From a bacterium (GTDB taxonomy: Bacteria; Zhuqueibacterota; Zhuqueibacteria; Residuimicrobiales; Residuimicrobiaceae), in NCBI GenBank assembly GCA_012523655.1, contig JAAYTV010000504.1, forward strand, positions 1 to 36,516: DNA of 36,516 nt. The letters are read 5' to 3'. A program made the position numbers and the translations under genes. Each line of letters opens with the position of its first letter. Position 1 is the first letter of the stretch. The notes beneath the pieces were generated by a model. The model worked only from the letters and a program-made list of their open reading frames with translations. It was not told where the DNA came from and did not search any database. Of this stretch, positions 33,398 through 36,516 are shown piece after piece.

Positions 33398-33426
33398 ATC
33401 ATACGGATTTTTTTTAAAATAGTCAA
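33398..33426 (-). promoter_or_regulatory. near-consensus sigma70-like promoter for the FG-GAP gene
   Basis: Minus strand: TTGACT (33426-33421), exactly 17 nt of A/T-rich spacer, TATGAT (33403-33398), inside a strongly AT-rich 370-nt intergenic region. Predicted leader is about 155 nt. Confidence 0.45.
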
Positions 33427-33621
33427 TACGCTTTTTCAGCAAAATCCATGTACCGTCCAAAAAAAAACGACGCGCTCCCCACAAGCGTTCCGGGTGCATC
33501 CCCCCTGAACAAGCTTGCGATGATCACGTCGTTTTACAAAACAATCGATGGTGCTTTGTCTGACCGTCCGTCTTTTTCATCGAGCAAAACAGTCCATCCG
33601 GCAGAACGCGGTCAAGTCTTG

Positions 33622-34806
33622 TCAGGGTTTTGGTTCCAGCTCTTTGCGCATCTCCTCCAACTGCTGGCGCTGATCCGTCTGGCCTTCGAGTATTTTCCGC
33701 AGCCGTTCCAGCTCCCGCTCCGCCTTGCGGCGTTCCTCACGGATGCGCTCCAGTTCCTCCTCAGCGGATTCGGTCTCTCTGCGCTCCTTGATGATCTGCT
33801 CGAACAGTTCGCGGCGGTTTTCCGCCTTTTGCATCAACACATCGCGCTCTGAAGTCCGATACACCGAAGTGGGCAGCAGGGTGAATTGCGCACCCACATT
33901 GATGCGCCAAGTGTTATAATTGGGCAGGCCGGACGGGACCCGCTTGGGGCCGATGGTCTCTTCCTTGTCGCCGGTCATGCGGTATTCGCCGGAGAGGGTG
34001 AAATTGAACCAGCGGTAGGGTTTGTATTTGATGGCGGCGTTGCCGTAGAGATAATTCTCGCGGCCTGCGGCAGCGGCCGGAGGTTGCTGCAGCCAGGCAT
34101 TGCCGTACATCTCCAGGCCGTAATCGAAACTTTCCGTGGGAATCCAAAAGCCGGCGGCAAAATGCATTTGTTGCGTCTGGCTGAGCACGCGACTGTTTGG
34201 ATCATTGACCAAAGAGGTGATGATCTCGCCGACGTCGTTGCTGTTGTGGTAGCCCAGATTCAGATGCAGGTTAAAGGAATCTTCCGGATAAAGCGGATCA
34301 GAGGCGTAGCTGACCAGCCCGGTGAAACCGAACTCGACGGTGCCGGCGGAATAGTTTTCGAACATGATGTTTTTCACGTCGCCGGTGGGGAAACGTCCAT
34401 GCAGCTGCACGCCGTAATTTAACGAAGAGGCTTTGGAACCATAGGAGCCGATCTTCAAGCCGATGAATGTATCATAGGGGTAAACGCCGTATTGCGTCTG
34501 ATCATCTTGGTAGAGAATGGGGGTGATATTCAAATCAAAATGTTTTCCCAAACCATAATTCAAACTGACCGATCCCTGCACATCCCAGACCGTCATTGCG
34601 CTCGGCACATTCATTTTGGCATCTCGGGTTTGGTGGACTTGGCCCCAGAAACGCGTATGAGTCAACATAGTCAGTCGACCGGTTTGACTCACCCAAGCCG
34701 CTTTGGTGTGTGGGAGGCCCAAACCCCCATTGATGATGACCGCCGGTGAAGCATAAGCGAAAAGCAGCACGAGCAAGACTACCAACATCGGCTTTAAAGG
34801 TTTCAT
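33622..34806 (-). CDS. putative outer-membrane beta-barrel protein with C-terminal highly charged coiled-coil tail
   Basis: Signal peptide MKPLKPMLVVLLVLLFAYASPA. About 300 aa of alternating aromatic/glycine-rich beta-strand-like sequence. The last ~75 aa are E/R/K-rich heptad-like helix (RRELFEQIIKERRETESAEEELERIREERRKAERELERLRKILEGQ...). GGGAGG SD lies 7 nt upstream. No family recognised. Confidence 0.7.
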   Translation of the reverse strand: MKPLKPMLVVLLVLLFAYASPAVIINGGLGLPHTKAAWVSQTGRLTMLTHTRFWGQVHQTRDAKMNVPSAMTVWDVQGSVSLNYGLGKHFDLNITPILYQDDQTQYGVYPYDTFIGLKIGSYGSKASSLNYGVQLHGRFPTGDVKNIMFENYSAGTVEFGFTGLVSYASDPLYPEDSFNLHLNLGYHNSNDVGEIITSLVNDPNSRVLSQTQQMHFAAGFWIPTESFDYGLEMYGNAWLQQPPAAAAGRENYLYGNAAIKYKPYRWFNFTLSGEYRMTGDKEETIGPKRVPSGLPNYNTWRINVGAQFTLLPTSVYRTSERDVLMQKAENRRELFEQIIKERRETESAEEELERIREERRKAERELERLRKILEGQTDQRQQLEEMRKELEPKP

Positions 34807-34826
34807 CGTTTAACCTCCCTATAAAT

Positions 34827-34865
34827 TACCAATAAAAATATTGGTATTTTTTCACAAAATGTCAA
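34827..34865 (-). promoter_or_regulatory. internal promoter candidate overlapped by an 8-bp perfect palindrome (operator-like)
   Basis: Minus strand: TTGACA (34865-34860), 17 nt, AATATT (34842-34837). The palindrome TACCAATA-aaaa-TATTGGTA (34827-34846) covers the -10 region. It lies in the 68-nt gap between the lipoprotein gene and the barrel/coiled-coil gene. Confidence 0.3.
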
Positions 34866-34874
34866 GCTAAATAT

Positions 34875-35585
34875 CTAGGGAATACTAAATTTCCGCCAGG
34901 GTGATTCGCTGCCGGAACGCCTTGCCGCTCCGACCGCATCCACGCGCCAACGATACACCCGGCCGCGCGCCAGTCGTTCCAACCTGGCTGCCCCATCCCA
35001 GTTGTAGCGCACCACCTCCTGCTCTATCTGATAGCCGGGCCATCGCGACATCCAGATCAACCGGCCGTAGGCGTCGTCGAAAAGTTTGAGTAAATAAGAC
35101 TCTGCCAGCGATTGCGGCGCCGGCTGCCAGTGGAAGTACAGAGTGTCCTGCTGTAACGCCTGCGCCAGATTGACCGCCTTGGGTAAAAGCATATAATCCA
35201 CGGTATCCGAAGGCTGGGTCACCGCCCCCTCCGCGTCCGCGCCCAACAGATAATAGTGATAGCGCACGTTGAGCGCCAGCTCTGCCTGGTCGAGAAAGAG
35301 GCTGTCCCGCTCCGAAAGCACCACAAGAAGAGTGAATGCCGCCTCATCCTGCTTGCGTCGATACAGCCGGTACTCGGTCAATCCGGCTTCTCGCCGCCAC
35401 TGCAGTTGAATGGCATCGGATTCAGGCACCGCATCGATGCCGGCCTCCACCACGGCTGTATCTTCGGCCGCTGGGACAAAGCGGACCTGCAGCGTCAGCC
35501 GCCTCGGATCAAGCGCCTGTTTTTCACAGGCCAAAAGCAGAACCAGGAGCAGGCCGATTCCGCCGGTTGAGCAAATACTTTTCAT
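34875..35585 (-). CDS. lipoprotein with two FN3-like modules, function unknown
   Basis: Lipobox LLLAC (Cys20) after a hydrophobic h-region. FN3-like strands IQLQWRRE..YRLYRR...YHYYLLGAD and LYFHWQP...YRWRVDAV. The ATG overlaps the upstream stop as ATGA (35585-35582). Confidence 0.7.
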   Translation of the reverse strand: MKSICSTGGIGLLLVLLLACEKQALDPRRLTLQVRFVPAAEDTAVVEAGIDAVPESDAIQLQWRREAGLTEYRLYRRKQDEAAFTLLVVLSERDSLFLDQAELALNVRYHYYLLGADAEGAVTQPSDTVDYMLLPKAVNLAQALQQDTLYFHWQPAPQSLAESYLLKLFDDAYGRLIWMSRWPGYQIEQEVVRYNWDGAARLERLARGRVYRWRVDAVGAARRSGSESPWRKFSIP

Positions 35586-36516
35586 TCGCCTGCTTCTCTT
35601 TTAAAGGTAAAGGAACAGCTGAGCCGATGAACCTGGCTGAAATCGAGAAAGCTGAACGCATAATCCACAGCACAACCGTGCCAGCGCAGGCCGGCGCCCA
35701 AATTCCATCCCTGCGGCCCCATGCCGGAGCGCAAAGCCAGGCCGCGATAGCACGCCTCCACGCCGAGCAGATGGGCCGTGTCATATTTGCGATATTGGGT
35801 GTAAAACAGCTGCACATGGCCGTCGCGCATGCCGAAATCTTCGGCATACCCCAGACCGAACAGCATGGTGCGCTGCACGCGGTCCTCATGCCGGGTGTTC
35901 CACAGAATCGGCGTTCGCGCGATATCCAGAGCGGAAAAAGCCAGGGTGACCTGGCCCAAAAAATCGGAATCCAGCAGCCGCTCCAGGCTAAAATTCAACA
36001 TGGCGCCCAGGTCCAATCCCAGCGCCGAAGCGCTGTTCTGATGCAAAGACTGGCGGAGAATTTTAATCGTAATGCCCAGAGGGATCTCCACCGGCAGATC
36101 GCCGTACAACCAGCCCAGAGGAACCAGATGACGAAAGACGAGGCCGAAGGAAAGATAGACCACATCCTCGGCATTTTGGAAATAGCCCAGCGCATGACCG
36201 TCGGGCTGCAGCGACGCATCGTTCAACCGGTCCGCCAGGCTTCCACCTTTGAGCTCCGGATACAGTGGTATTCCATCGACGAAAAAACGGGTCCAATGCA
36301 CGCCGACGGTGGCGCCGCCGAACAGGGGCGCCTGAAAACCGCAATAGTGATAAACCGCCAGAGGATCGGTCACCGCGCCATAACTGGGCGCATACATCAC
36401 GCTGACAACAGGGCGGTTCAACAACGCCGCAGCCGCCGGATTGCAATGGAAATTATCGATGCTGCCGTAAGAGGCCGCCGCATAGCCGCCTAACGCCAGG
36501 GAACGCGCGCCGACCC
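35582..36516 (-). CDS. divergent PorV/PorQ-family-like outer-membrane beta-barrel, N-terminus off-window
   Basis: The ORF-track TTG start at 36424 is not the true start. The frame stays open to the window edge, and the extra residues read ...VGARSLALGGYAAASYGSIDNFHCNPAAAALL. This matches the N-terminal signature of the two PorV-like proteins (GGRALAMGGAF..ADDA.ALYWNPAGL..L). The C-terminus GAGLRWHGCAVDYAFSF...HRLSCSFTF parallels GGGLAYH...IDYAYLDF...HRFSLGFDF. Confidence 0.6.
   Translation of the reverse strand, partial: VGARSLALGGYAAASYGSIDNFHCNPAAAALLNRPVVSVMYAPSYGAVTDPLAVYHYCGFQAPLFGGATVGVHWTRFFVDGIPLYPELKGGSLADRLNDASLQPDGHALGYFQNAEDVVYLSFGLVFRHLVPLGWLYGDLPVEIPLGITIKILRQSLHQNSASALGLDLGAMLNFSLERLLDSDFLGQVTLAFSALDIARTPILWNTRHEDRVQRTMLFGLGYAEDFGMRDGHVQLFYTQYRKYDTAHLLGVEACYRGLALRSGMGPQGWNLGAGLRWHGCAVDYAFSFLDFSQVHRLSCSFTFKREAGE

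Noticed and set aside
33459-33495. Possible intrinsic terminator for the barrel/coiled-coil gene: a run of nine T on the minus strand preceded by a weak stem.
   Set aside because: The stem is only 4-5 bp with a bulge and an 11-nt loop. The T-run alone is not sufficient, so it is left uncalled.
33448-33852. 134-aa plus-strand ORF spanning the AT-rich spacer and the antisense of the coiled-coil tail.
   Set aside because: The first half is intergenic A/T-rich sequence. The second half is the mirror image of the E/R/K repeat (giving an L/F/Q-rich product). There is no RBS.
1-36516. Scanned for tRNA, rRNA, transposase, integrase, phage or toxin-antitoxin genes to explain the right-hand region as a mobile island.
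   Set aside because: None was recognised. Apart from the small GIY-YIG cassette, the outer-membrane region shows host-like GC and codon bias. It therefore looks chromosomal rather than recently acquired.

Overview
High-GC bacterial chromosomal window (about 60% GC by eye, with a few sharply AT-rich islands). It is probably from an uncultured member of the FCB superphylum. The evidence is T9SS-type C-terminal sorting domains, PorV/PorQ-like barrels and CarboxypepD_reg-type TonB-dependent receptors. Unlike classical Bacteroidetes, it shows clear Shine-Dalgarno sites and sigma70-like TTGACT/TTGCTT-17-TAnnnT promoter candidates.

The left 13.6 kb is housekeeping. It holds a UvrD/PcrA-family helicase and a divergent pair of an extended-SDR (NAD-dependent epimerase/dehydratase family) gene and a serine-palmitoyltransferase-like alpha-oxoamine synthase. 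It also holds a minus-strand run (mannose-1-P guanylyltransferase, small hypothetical, PtsN-like EIIA, zinc-ribbon protein), thioredoxin, a GNAT acetyltransferase, NAD-malic enzyme, a DUF1893-like protein and a DUF47/PiT phosphate transporter pair.

The right 23 kb (13.85-36.5 kb) lies entirely on the minus strand and is an outer-membrane/T9SS island. It contains two tandem paralogous three-gene modules: a TonB-dependent receptor, then a ~1100-aa secreted protein with a variant T9SS-like C-terminal domain, then a PorV/PorQ-like beta-barrel. Upstream of these is a 1.1-kb mosaic repeat array enclosing an AT-rich GIY-YIG nuclease gene bracketed by 179-nt direct repeats. Next comes an insulated monocistronic gene for a ~14-repeat FG-GAP protein with a canonical T9SS type-A CTD. 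Last is a further operon: a divergent PorV/PorQ-like barrel (5' end off-window), an FN3-like lipoprotein, and a beta-barrel with a highly charged coiled-coil tail.

The duplicated receptor/CTD-cargo/PorV-like triad is the best candidate for an undescribed system. No rRNA, tRNA, CRISPR, transposase or integrase was recognised. All family assignments rest on motifs read by eye and need HMM confirmation.
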